Below, piece by piece: positions 6,532-13,308 of a stretch of DNA of 24,000 nucleotides. Origin of the DNA: Candidatus Saccharimonas sp. Lineage in GTDB: Bacteria; Patescibacteriota; Saccharimonadia; Saccharimonadales; EFPC-124. The stretch covers positions 21,087 through 45,086 of the forward strand of contig DATIJQ010000035.1 in NCBI GenBank assembly GCA_035478375.1, read 5' to 3'. Positions within the stretch are counted from its first letter, which is position 1. Every line of letters begins with the position of its first letter. The notes beneath the pieces were generated by a model. That model was not told the origin of the DNA. It ran no database searches and was given only the letters and a program-made list of their open reading frames with translations. A program made the position numbers and the translations under genes.

Positions 6532-8415
6532 CTAGTTGACGCAATTGTTTGGGGCAATGGTCGATGCAGTTACAAAGTCATCGTTCACCGTTACAATTGT
6601 GTTGCCTGACCACGTTTGATGGTTACAAGTGTTAACCGAATCATCGGGTCCATATGCCCACGTGCCTTGTGCCCAGGCATTGCCGCTTATAATCCAATTG
6701 GTCGCGGTACCTACGTTATCCCACCACAGCGCGGTTGTGTAGCCACCGCCCATGAACAGATTATTTTGTAGCGTTACGGCATAGGCGTTGTTGCCGGTTC
6801 CGTTGTAGGGTGAACCCAGGTAAATCGCCGAGTTGCCAGTCATTTGACCTTGGTAAAATGCGCGCGAATCAAACGTGTTATGTATAAACGTGAGGTGCCC
6901 GCATGGTCCGCCACATTGGTCCTGTACGCCGTCAGAGTGGAAACCGTCACTCCCTACCACCGAAGGCGGCTGGTAACATGGCTGTACCAACGAATCGGTG
7001 ACCGTAACATTGTCGCCAACAACATCAATACCATCTTGGTGGCCACGCAGCGCAACGCGCGTGGCGGTAAAATCGTGGGCGTTGAGGCTTGGCCAGCCCT
7101 GCGTGTCGCATGCCGCCGGACCAATGGTCGAATCGCTAATCGTAAACGACGTATTTGCCGGCAGGCTGTCGTTGTCTACGTGGCCGTCAATAAGCGAATT
7201 TTTAATGACAATGCCAGTGGCTTGAATAACCAAATCACCCTTAATATGCCATGAATCAATAACCTGTCCCGGCGTGTTAGCGTAAAAGTCTGTATTGACA
7301 GTACGGCTAAATGATGTGTTTGGCGGGACGCCGGTGCAGCTCGCATTTGGGTATTTTGGCAGCGTACATGACGATGGCGGCGTGCCACCACCACCGTTAT
7401 TCCCACCACCGCCGTTTGAACCGTCGCCACCATTGGTGCCACCGCCAGGTGATGTGTTCCCACCACCACCGCCTCCGCCGCCATTGCCGCCCTGGCTAGC
7501 ACCACCGCCATTTGGTTGAGATGGATTCCCCTGCCCTGCCGGATTATTCTGGAACACTACATACTTGCCGCCAGATGCAGCATTATTACTAATAATTGTT
7601 GCGCCGCCAGAAAGTTTGCCTGTCTCGGCCTCAAACACTGGCGGACTACTCGCTGCTGCCACGATTCCAACTGTTATGGCCGCCAAAGTTATAATTGCCC
7701 AAATTACAACAATAAGCTTGTGGTGTTGCGCAAAATGCAGCAGTCGTCTGGCTAAACCGGCATTTTTGTGCAAGCCGCTCCCCACAACCACCCCATGTTG
7801 CTGCGCCACTGTTGTAAGGGACCGCATGAACGATTTATACAAACGATATATAAAAATGCCGGCGCCCACAACAACAAGCACGCATACAATAACCACCCAC
7901 CAATTTGGTGCGTAAGGCCAAGCGACTGTTATTTTTGTGGCAGATTGCTGTGCTTTTTGTGCTGGTGTGCTTTGTAAACAGTTGTCGCCAAAGCCGGTTG
8001 GTACGCAGGTTGGATCGTTAGTGAGGAGTATTCTGTCGACGCCAGTGCCCGCCTCGCGGCCAGCAATAGTTATGGCATGGCTGCCGGTAGCAAGGTTATA
8101 TGTTATTGATTTAGTGGGCTGGCCATCGCTAAAGTTTACCCATATAAAGTCACTGCCGGTTTTGGTGTCGTTAACAGTTACAGGGCATTGGTCGTCAATT
8201 TGTATAGAGACACTGTTGCTGTCGGCTTTTGGCGCCCACATGCGGACCCATACGGTGTATTTGCCAGGCTCGGCAACGCCAATCGTGCCGGTGCTCTGCC
8301 CTTTATCGGTCGCCATAGGCGAACAGGCGGCTACAGTTGGTTTGGCTGGCAAAAGTAGTACGCTACACGACAAGAACAACAGCATCAAGGACGGCAAAAA
8401 GCTAAAGCGTCGCAT
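6532..8415 (-). CDS. Secreted/membrane surface protein: signal peptide, CBM-like beta-sandwich, two TM helices, Gly-rich spacer, right-handed beta-helix domain
   Basis: Signal peptide MRRFSFLPSLMLLFLSCSVLLLPAKPTVAA. The CBM-like pattern is GKYTVWVRMWAP...SVSIQIDD...FIWVNF...GSHAITIAGREAGTGVDRILL. The TM helices are WWVVIVCVLVVVGAGIFIY and LIVVIWAIITLAAITVGIVAAA. The segment FEAETGKLSGGA...ASGGKYVVF is followed by poly-Gly/Asn. The C-terminal repeats with HSDGVQ and NN.F.GGGY are typical of pectate-lyase-fold proteins. Confidence 0.85.
   Translation of the reverse strand: MRRFSFLPSLMLLFLSCSVLLLPAKPTVAACSPMATDKGQSTGTIGVAEPGKYTVWVRMWAPKADSNSVSIQIDDQCPVTVNDTKTGSDFIWVNFSDGQPTKSITYNLATGSHAITIAGREAGTGVDRILLTNDPTCVPTGFGDNCLQSTPAQKAQQSATKITVAWPYAPNWWVVIVCVLVVVGAGIFIYRLYKSFMRSLTTVAQQHGVVVGSGLHKNAGLARRLLHFAQHHKLIVVIWAIITLAAITVGIVAAASSPPVFEAETGKLSGGATIISNNAASGGKYVVFQNNPAGQGNPSQPNGGGASQGGNGGGGGGGGNTSPGGGTNGGDGSNGGGGNNGGGGTPPSSCTLPKYPNASCTGVPPNTSFSRTVNTDFYANTPGQVIDSWHIKGDLVIQATGIVIKNSLIDGHVDNDSLPANTSFTISDSTIGPAACDTQGWPSLNAHDFTATRVALRGHQDGIDVVGDNVTVTDSLVQPCYQPPSVVGSDGFHSDGVQDQCGGPCGHLTFIHNTFDSRAFYQGQMTGNSAIYLGSPYNGTGNNAYAVTLQNNLFMGGGYTTALWWDNVGTATNWIISGNAWAQGTWAYGPDDSVNTCNHQTWSGNTIVTVNDDFVTASTIAPNNCVN
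7380..7510 (-). repeat. Low-complexity (ccacc/gccgcc) tract encoding the Gly/Asn-rich spacer
   Basis: The plus strand is runs of ccaccaccaccg/ccgccgcc, which translate on the minus strand to GGNGGGGGGGGNTSPGGGTNGGDGSNGGGGNNGGGG. This composition is prone to slippage. Confidence 0.6.
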
Positions 8416-8493
8416 TTGCCCTTAATATAGCATTATAAATATGACAACGTCTACGACTCGTAACTTTAGGTTGTTAATTGGTAACATAAGCAT

Positions 8494-8835
8494 ATGACTA
8501 TCCAAATAAAAAGAATTTACGAGCCGGCCCAAAAAACAGACGGCTACCGTGTACTTGTTGATCGGCTGTGGCCACGCGGCGTTAGTCGCCAAAAAGCGGC
8601 GCTCGACGAATGGCTAAAAGAAATCGCACCTTCGACCGAACTCCGCGAATGGTTCGACCACAAACCCGAACGATTTGCCGAATTTAAAAAGCGCTATCAG
8701 GCTGAGCTAGCCGACAACCCGGCATTACAGCGGCTACGTGGCCTCGCCGCAAAACATGGTACGCTTACACTGTTGTACGCAGCGCGCGATCCAGACAATA
8801 ATCATGCTAAGGTTTTAGTGGGCTATTTAAGCTAA
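8494..8835 (+). CDS. yeaO: DUF488 family protein (YeaO-like)
   Basis: MTIQIKRIYEPAQKTDGYRVLVDRLWPRGVSRQKAALDEWLKEIAPSTELREWF...LLYAARDPDNNHAKVL aligns almost position by position with E. coli YeaO as I remember it. Confidence 0.85.
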   Translation: MTIQIKRIYEPAQKTDGYRVLVDRLWPRGVSRQKAALDEWLKEIAPSTELREWFDHKPERFAEFKKRYQAELADNPALQRLRGLAAKHGTLTLLYAARDPDNNHAKVLVGYLS

Positions 8836-8839
8836 GACC

Positions 8840-8868
8840 TTGACATATATTAACATACATTGTAATAT
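8840..8868 (+). promoter_or_regulatory. Sigma70-like promoter upstream of the GC-rich orphan gene
   Basis: TTGACA (8840-8845), a 17-nt spacer, then TAATAT (8863-8868). Confidence 0.5.
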
Positions 8869-8901
8869 AAGTGTGCTAACCTCGTTAGTGACCCTTACAA
8901 C

Positions 8902-8952
8902 GAATCGCTAGAAGCAACGTTACCTCTGTGGCAGCGTTACTCCTAGCGATTC
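8902..8952 (+). promoter_or_regulatory. Long imperfect hairpin in the leader of the 8962 gene
   Basis: GAATCGCTAG (8902-8911) pairs perfectly with CTAGCGATTC (8943-8952), and further inner pairs form (AG/CT, AACG/CGTT). No U-run follows, so it is not a classic terminator. Confidence 0.4.
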
Positions 8953-8961
8953 TACGCACAA

Positions 8962-9459
8962 ATGGAAGCTAGGAACCTACCCGAACCCCACATGAAGCGT
9001 CGTGGGCCAGTGGAACAGGAACTCACCATGAACAACAAGCCCGTGCTCTACCGCACTCGCCCCAACACCAGAGGCGTGACCTACGTCCTCACGGAGAGTG
9101 CCTATGACATTCTCTGCGATGCCAGGCGACACGTCGCCAGTGGCAAGCACATCGACACCTTTTCGGTGGAAGCGATGCGCTGGGCGGCCTTTGGCTGCTT
9201 CACCTTCATCGACCCGCTGAAGTACTACGGATCGAAGGTAGCCGCTGAGGTCTACACCGCCTCGTACGGGTTGCTGGACAGGGCGAAGCAGGGCTACGAC
9301 ATCCTGCTCGTCAATGACGACTTGCCCGTCCCGGACACCTTTGCCTCCGGCGATCTCGAGCTCTTTCGAGAGTTCAGCGACCGCGGCTGGGGCCCGAAGA
9401 CCGCGCAGTTCGTCGAAATGGTCGAACACGCCATCGCCGCAACCAAGCGGACCGCCTAA
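8962..9459 (+). CDS. Hypothetical protein, G+C-rich (165 aa; the true start may be ATG 9028, MNNKPVLY...)
   Basis: The plus-strand frame has strongly G/C-ending codons (CTC, GTC, GGC, GAC, ACC), so the plus strand is the coding strand and the 8977-9429 minus-strand ORF is not real. I recognise no motif. Confidence 0.7.
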   Translation: MEARNLPEPHMKRRGPVEQELTMNNKPVLYRTRPNTRGVTYVLTESAYDILCDARRHVASGKHIDTFSVEAMRWAAFGCFTFIDPLKYYGSKVAAEVYTASYGLLDRAKQGYDILLVNDDLPVPDTFASGDLELFREFSDRGWGPKTAQFVEMVEHAIAATKRTA

Positions 9460-9484
9460 CCTCCACCCCGTGCAGTAAGGATCA

Positions 9485-9518
9485 CCGCCCGTCGACCACA
9501 GTGTCGCCGGGCGGTTTT
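9485..9518 (+). terminator. Rho-independent terminator of the GC-rich orphan gene
   Basis: CCGCCCGTCGAC-cacagt-GTCGCCGGGCGG forms a 12-bp stem with one mismatch, followed by TTTTCC. Confidence 0.7.
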
Positions 9519-9529
9519 CCTATGCGAGG

Positions 9530-10153
9530 CTAACCGGTTTTACTTGCGATCTCGATGGTGCGTTCGCCGTTTTGTTCGGCCAACGCACCCAAAAACACAA
9601 AGTTTCGGTCGTGCCTTCCGTCAATGTAGATTTTTGTAAATTCACATGGACCAAGCGCGGCACGCGCCTCGGCATAGGTCATGTGCGCTGGTGCATAAAT
9701 AACGATGTTACCGGTTATGAGTTGCCGGATATTTGCGACAAGCTGCGCCAAATCCGGGTTCTGCCCGGCCGCGTCTACTTGGCCGTCGTGGTTACTCCAG
9801 TATGGGATATCGTACAGCACAACATCGGCTGCAAGGCTGCCGAGCAATTGCCGGTCGCTCACATCACCGCACAACAGCGAGTAGTTTGTGACGCCGGCAC
9901 GCGCCAAATTTTGCTTGCAGTTTTCGATAACGACTGTATCGTTATCGACGCCAATAACGTTCTCGAATGCCGCCGCCAGTTCGATCAGGCTGACGCCAAT
10001 GCCGCAGCAAAGTTCGCAAACCGTGCGGCCATGGTTTTTTAACCGGTTGGCAATGTACCGTGCTGTAATAAGAGGGCTTGCGATCCTTAGCGACAACTCA
10101 TCGCCGGCAATGGCAGGGTCATAGCCGCGGCGTTTGATTATGTTTGTTCGCAC
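9530..10153 (-). CDS. Class I SAM-dependent N-methyltransferase (RsmD/Tgs1-like)
   Basis: Motif I is VCELCCGIGVSLIELA...VIGVDND. Motif IV is LYDIPYW, a variant of the (D/N)PP(Y/F) motif of N-methyltransferases. GTG start. Confidence 0.8.
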   Translation of the reverse strand: MRTNIIKRRGYDPAIAGDELSLRIASPLITARYIANRLKNHGRTVCELCCGIGVSLIELAAAFENVIGVDNDTVVIENCKQNLARAGVTNYSLLCGDVSDRQLLGSLAADVVLYDIPYWSNHDGQVDAAGQNPDLAQLVANIRQLITGNIVIYAPAHMTYAEARAALGPCEFTKIYIDGRHDRNFVFLGALAEQNGERTIEIASKTG

Positions 10154-10415
10154 GGGTAATAGTATATGCGAGTTTAAGTCGACGCGCGACTGGCACTAGT
10201 GGGGTCTCAACTTGGGGCGGTACTTTTGTCACAGTGACACGGACCCAGCTGGCGTGTCTTTATCTACTCGCTCTAAGTGATTCATCAAAAGCTTGCTGTA
10301 TCTATCATATTTTCCGTGCCGTTAAAATAACACACATTCCCTCGATTAGTCCATACTTTATTGTAGTTCTATGGCGACTCCTTTATAGTTAGGCTTAATT
10401 AAAGGAAAACTTACC

Positions 10416-10994
10416 TTGGCTACGTCTTCAAACAGCAAGCGTACTGAACCCGCCAAACTTAACTGGTGGCGCAAGAAATCGGTCTTGATTCCGCTCATTA
10501 TTCTCGCGGTCATCGGCCTCGCTGTTTGGGGTGTTGCGGACTTTCTGTTTCACAACAGGGCGGCAGACATAGCAGCGCCGCTTGAGAAAAGCCTAGTGGC
10601 GGCTGGAGCGGCCAAAACATGTGAAAATGGTGATCCCGGCCGCGGCCCAGACACATCGGCTGCCGAGTATGGTGCTTCCTACGATGTGCGCATGAGTAAA
10701 GACAACGCTATTGCACTCATGTACCGCGTCGCCAAAGACAATGGATACAATCTTACACATGCCAGCCCGAGTAATCGTGGCCATATAGGCTTTATCGCGG
10801 ACGCTTACATCGACCAATGGTATTTTGACGATAGTAAGCAGCAGCCGTATTGGGATATAAATCCAGGTCCAATTAATCTGGCATTTTCTATCGATGGACC
10901 CGGTTCAAACTACGGGTGTAGAACGACTAGCATTATCCCGTCTGGTCATGCATTGATTAGTCTTAGTGTTGACCTGCCGGACTTCAAGCGCTAG
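10416..10994 (+). CDS. N-terminally membrane-anchored hypothetical protein (192 aa)
   Basis: TTG start with AAGGA about 10 nt upstream. A single TM helix (VLIPLIILAVIGLAVWGVADFLF) precedes a soluble domain with no recognised motif. Confidence 0.65.
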   Translation: MATSSNSKRTEPAKLNWWRKKSVLIPLIILAVIGLAVWGVADFLFHNRAADIAAPLEKSLVAAGAAKTCENGDPGRGPDTSAAEYGASYDVRMSKDNAIALMYRVAKDNGYNLTHASPSNRGHIGFIADAYIDQWYFDDSKQQPYWDINPGPINLAFSIDGPGSNYGCRTTSIIPSGHALISLSVDLPDFKR

Positions 10995-11344
10995 CCAAAT
11001 CAATAGGCCCAGGACAGCAAATACACCAACACGGCGGCATGGAAAGTCGCCGCGGTTCGATCCGCAAACTCGAAGATGCTCTTTTACTATCAGAGGATGC
11101 TGACGACCCGGCGTGTTACCGTCAAAAACTGCCGTCAAAGCCACTCGCTGCCACCCAAATATGGTCATCTTTCGGCAACAAAAACAGACCTTCACCAGTA
11201 GTAACAGGCGTTGATCTGTCAGGAGTTCAATATGGTGAGCCTAACGACTACTCAGGTCGAAACCCTCTTCGGTGAATTGGAATATATTGAGCCGAGATTG
11301 AAGGCCCTTGGCATTAACACAAAAAGTGTGCCGAAGCTATCTAG

Positions 11345-11709
11345 CTAGGAGATGTCTGTCATGCGCCTTAATGCTACAGCATCGACGGTGTTATTGTCAT
11401 AATTTTGTACATGGGTAACTATTGCAAGTAGCGTTATGGTCTCACCGCTAACTCCAAACCACATTCTCGGCCATTGTTAGGCTTAAGACCACTTTTCGGC
11501 ACCAAAACTTCTACTTTCCAAATTGTCCAAGTAGTGTCTGCTCGCACTCTATGTATTTTGCCTGGAGCTATCACTTCCTCAGGGGTTTGAGGATGAAATT
11601 GAACTGCGAGAAGCCGCTTGATTCGTTCTACGCCGTCACCGACCTGCAGATATTTTTTGCAGATCTTCTTTAGTTCAGGAACGAACTCATCATGCTGTTG
11701 CCACAACAT
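11345..11709 (-). pseudogene. RelE/ParE-fold toxin partner of the Panacea antitoxin, apparently disrupted by a frameshift near 11440-11480
   Basis: Frame A starts at ATG 11709, reads MLWQQHDEFVPELKKICKKY...IWKVEVLVPKSGLKPNNGRECGLELAVRP and stops at 11434. The -1 frame continues RMWFGVSGETITLLAIVTHVQNYDNN... to TAG at 11345. The joined reading (...KSGLKPNNGRRMWFGVSGETITLLAIVTH) matches the RelE pattern ...SSGYRLVYQVIDEKVVVFVISVGKR. The start overlaps the antitoxin stop by 20 nt. Confidence 0.45.
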
Positions 11710-12202
11710 CACTGAAGTCAGTCCCACGGTAAAAGGCTAGTTCGTATACAATCTCGTCATTTGGTTCCGTACCAACATATGGTGCCTCGGCATGGGTTAA
11801 GTCCTCGAGCTGTTTACCCGTCAACCTACCATATTTGTTAGCAACATGCTGCAATATTTGCAAATCCTCGGCATCGAAAACGCTCAAGTCGGCCTTTCTC
11901 TTTGCAGAATAGACACTGGTCGGTAGATAGCCGGGGGAATCCTCTTGCTCGTCAACAGCCAGAAGCCCTTCGCGCTGCATGGAATCGATAATTTCTGAGA
12001 AAGATTGGGGAACGGGCCCCATCTTCCAGGCCTTGTACGTATCCCCTGTAATACTCTTTTCAGACTCTTTGTACTCGTAACGGTCAAAGTCTACATAATA
12101 TAAAAGTTTAGCAAGCTTTTTTTTGCCACGCAAAGAACCCCCTAGTGACTCACACAGGTAGAGAATTGTGTTTTCGTACTTATCCTTTGCTATCTTGCTC
12201 AT
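11690..12202 (-). CDS. Panacea-domain (DUF4065, SocA/PanA-like) type II antitoxin
   Basis: KKLAKLLYYVDFDRYEYKESEKSITGDTYKAWKMGPVPQSF matches the DUF4065 signature KLxKLLYYxD...ITG..Y.AW..GPVP. The C-terminal ...LTHAEAPYVGTEPNDEIVYELAFYR is also typical of the family. Confidence 0.8.
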   Translation of the reverse strand: MSKIAKDKYENTILYLCESLGGSLRGKKKLAKLLYYVDFDRYEYKESEKSITGDTYKAWKMGPVPQSFSEIIDSMQREGLLAVDEQEDSPGYLPTSVYSAKRKADLSVFDAEDLQILQHVANKYGRLTGKQLEDLTHAEAPYVGTEPNDEIVYELAFYRGTDFSDVVATA

Positions 12203-12472
12203 GACTAAAATTATACAACAGTTTCAACATAAAGTACACTGCTTATGGTTGTAGTCAAACAGGCTCAGCTGCTTAGATGTAATACAAGAACTCCGGATTG
12301 TACCGGAGTTCGAGAAAATATTGTTGGTTCGAAATGGTGAGCCAACGGGGACCTTCGGCGAACTATTTTTGGGATGGGTTGGAACGATTGGATGAAGGAA
12401 ATGGGGAACGACGAAACGATAGCTGGAACCCATTACTAACCTCTACGTAGCCCAACATCACAAAACATTATC

Positions 12473-13048
12473 TCACTTTTTCTTTTCCGCCACTAACCTT
12501 GCCACCATATACCGCTCTGGTTCGGTCTTCCCTTCTGGGATAATCCAACTGCTGTAAGTCTCTTCATAGCTAGTGATGTGCCAACTTTTGTACAATTCTT
12601 TTAACCTTCCAGATGGAAAAAGGTACGGTCGTGTGCCCGGCAGGTTACCATCAGTAAAAGCCGTCACAATGTTCGTGCCTTGCGGCTTTGTCCATTCTTG
12701 CATTTTGGCGATGGTCGGGGCAATGTCTTGTTCTGGTAAAAAGTGGAGCACCATGAGGCACAGAATAGCATCGAATTGATCTTTTGGTTGGTAATTGCGA
12801 ACGTCGGCTTGCCGAGTGGTTATTTTAAGGTTTCCTCTTGCAGCTGTAGCCTGTAGCGTATTTAAGGCGATAGCATCTGTATCTATAGCCGTTACCTCCC
12901 AGCCTAAGTGCACCAAGTAAAGTGCATTGCGACCAGCATACGAGCCAATGTCCAAGGCCCGACCGGGTGGTATGTTAGCTAAGGCGTTTTTGACGAGTGG
13001 GGTCGGTTGGGTGTAGTCGGTGAATTGCGTGGAAGTGTTGGTTTTCAT
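12473..13048 (-). CDS. tehB: TehB-like SAM-dependent methyltransferase (start moved to ATG 13048)
   Basis: ALDIGSYAGRNALYLVHLGWEVTAIDTD...FDAILCLMVLHFL...GTNIVTAF...RLKELYKSWHITSYEE...ERYMVARLVAEKK is colinear with E. coli TehB as remembered. The 28-codon extension in the ORF track would run through the terminator at 13081-13114. Confidence 0.8.
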   Translation of the reverse strand: MKTNTSTQFTDYTQPTPLVKNALANIPPGRALDIGSYAGRNALYLVHLGWEVTAIDTDAIALNTLQATAARGNLKITTRQADVRNYQPKDQFDAILCLMVLHFLPEQDIAPTIAKMQEWTKPQGTNIVTAFTDGNLPGTRPYLFPSGRLKELYKSWHITSYEETYSSWIIPEGKTEPERYMVARLVAEKKK

Positions 13049-13080
13049 TAGTACTATTATGGCCGGTGTGAGTAAGAATG

Positions 13081-13114
13081 AAAAGCCCCTCCACCCCGTT
13101 GCCGGGATGGAGGG
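13081..13114 (-). terminator. Strong rho-independent terminator ending the ycaO-precursor transcript
   Basis: The minus strand reads CCCTCCATCCCG-GCAA-CGGGGTGGAGGG (12 bp including one G-U pair), followed by GCTTTTCATTCTT. Confidence 0.75.
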
Positions 13115-13180
13115 TTGTGTCATGCGACACACCTCTACAAGAGAGGCTTGAGGAACACTCGCTGAGCGAGCACCGACCTC

Positions 13181-13294
13181 CTACAGGAGGATGTCGGTGC
13201 AGCCGCCGCAGCTGTTGGAGCCGCCGGCCGGCGCGCCCGTCGTCTCGATGACGTCCGTGCGTTCCGTGACCTCGATGATCAGACTCTGATCCAT
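13181..13294 (-). CDS. RiPP precursor peptide (37 aa): MDQSLIIEVTERTDVIETTGAPAGGSNSCGGCTDILL
   Basis: Hand-translated smORF that falls below the ORF-track cutoff. The ATG at 13294 is preceded by GAGAGGA with a 5-nt spacer and begins 14 nt after the ycaO stop. An acidic leader-like N-terminal half is followed by a Gly/Cys/Ser/Thr-rich C-terminal half. The terminator follows 67 nt downstream. Confidence 0.65.
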   Translation of the reverse strand: MDQSLIIEVTERTDVIETTGAPAGGSNSCGGCTDILL

Positions 13295-13308
13295 GAGGGT
13301 CCTCTCGT

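Noticed and set aside
7295-7519. A proline-rich plus-strand ORF (PPPPLFPPPPFEPSPP...) and other ORFs antisense to the 627-aa gene
   Set aside because: It is the reverse-complement reading of the poly-Gly coding tract (GGN versus NCC). It has no independent start context.
8977-9429. A 150-aa minus-strand ORF opposite the GC-rich orphan gene, and likewise 23575-23997 opposite the terminal gene
   Set aside because: Third-position G/C bias, the promoter and the terminator all support the plus-strand frames. The minus-strand frames are shadows.
11044-11075. A GGTTCGATCC string resembling a tRNA T-loop
   Set aside because: The flanking sequence cannot form acceptor, D or anticodon stems. The T stem would be only 4 bp with a 6-nt loop.
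11232-11400. Two small plus-strand ORFs, each with a perfect AGGAG SD (38 aa MVSLTTTQVETLFGELEYIEPRLKALGINTKSVPKLSS, then 13-16 aa)
   Set aside because: There are no supporting motifs, and they are convergent with and abut the 3' end of the frameshifted toxin. They could be real micro-proteins, but sequence alone cannot distinguish them from chance.
12224-12433. A 69-aa minus-strand ORF with a GAGG SD in the TehB-PanA intergenic gap, and a perfect 7-bp hairpin ACTCCGG-attgta-CCGGAGT at 12290-12309
   Set aside because: The ORF runs straight through the hairpin, has an odd low-complexity composition and has no recognisable features. The hairpin is more simply a distal terminator or remnant. 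I found no tRNA or riboswitch fold despite a GGTTCGAAA-like string at 12335.
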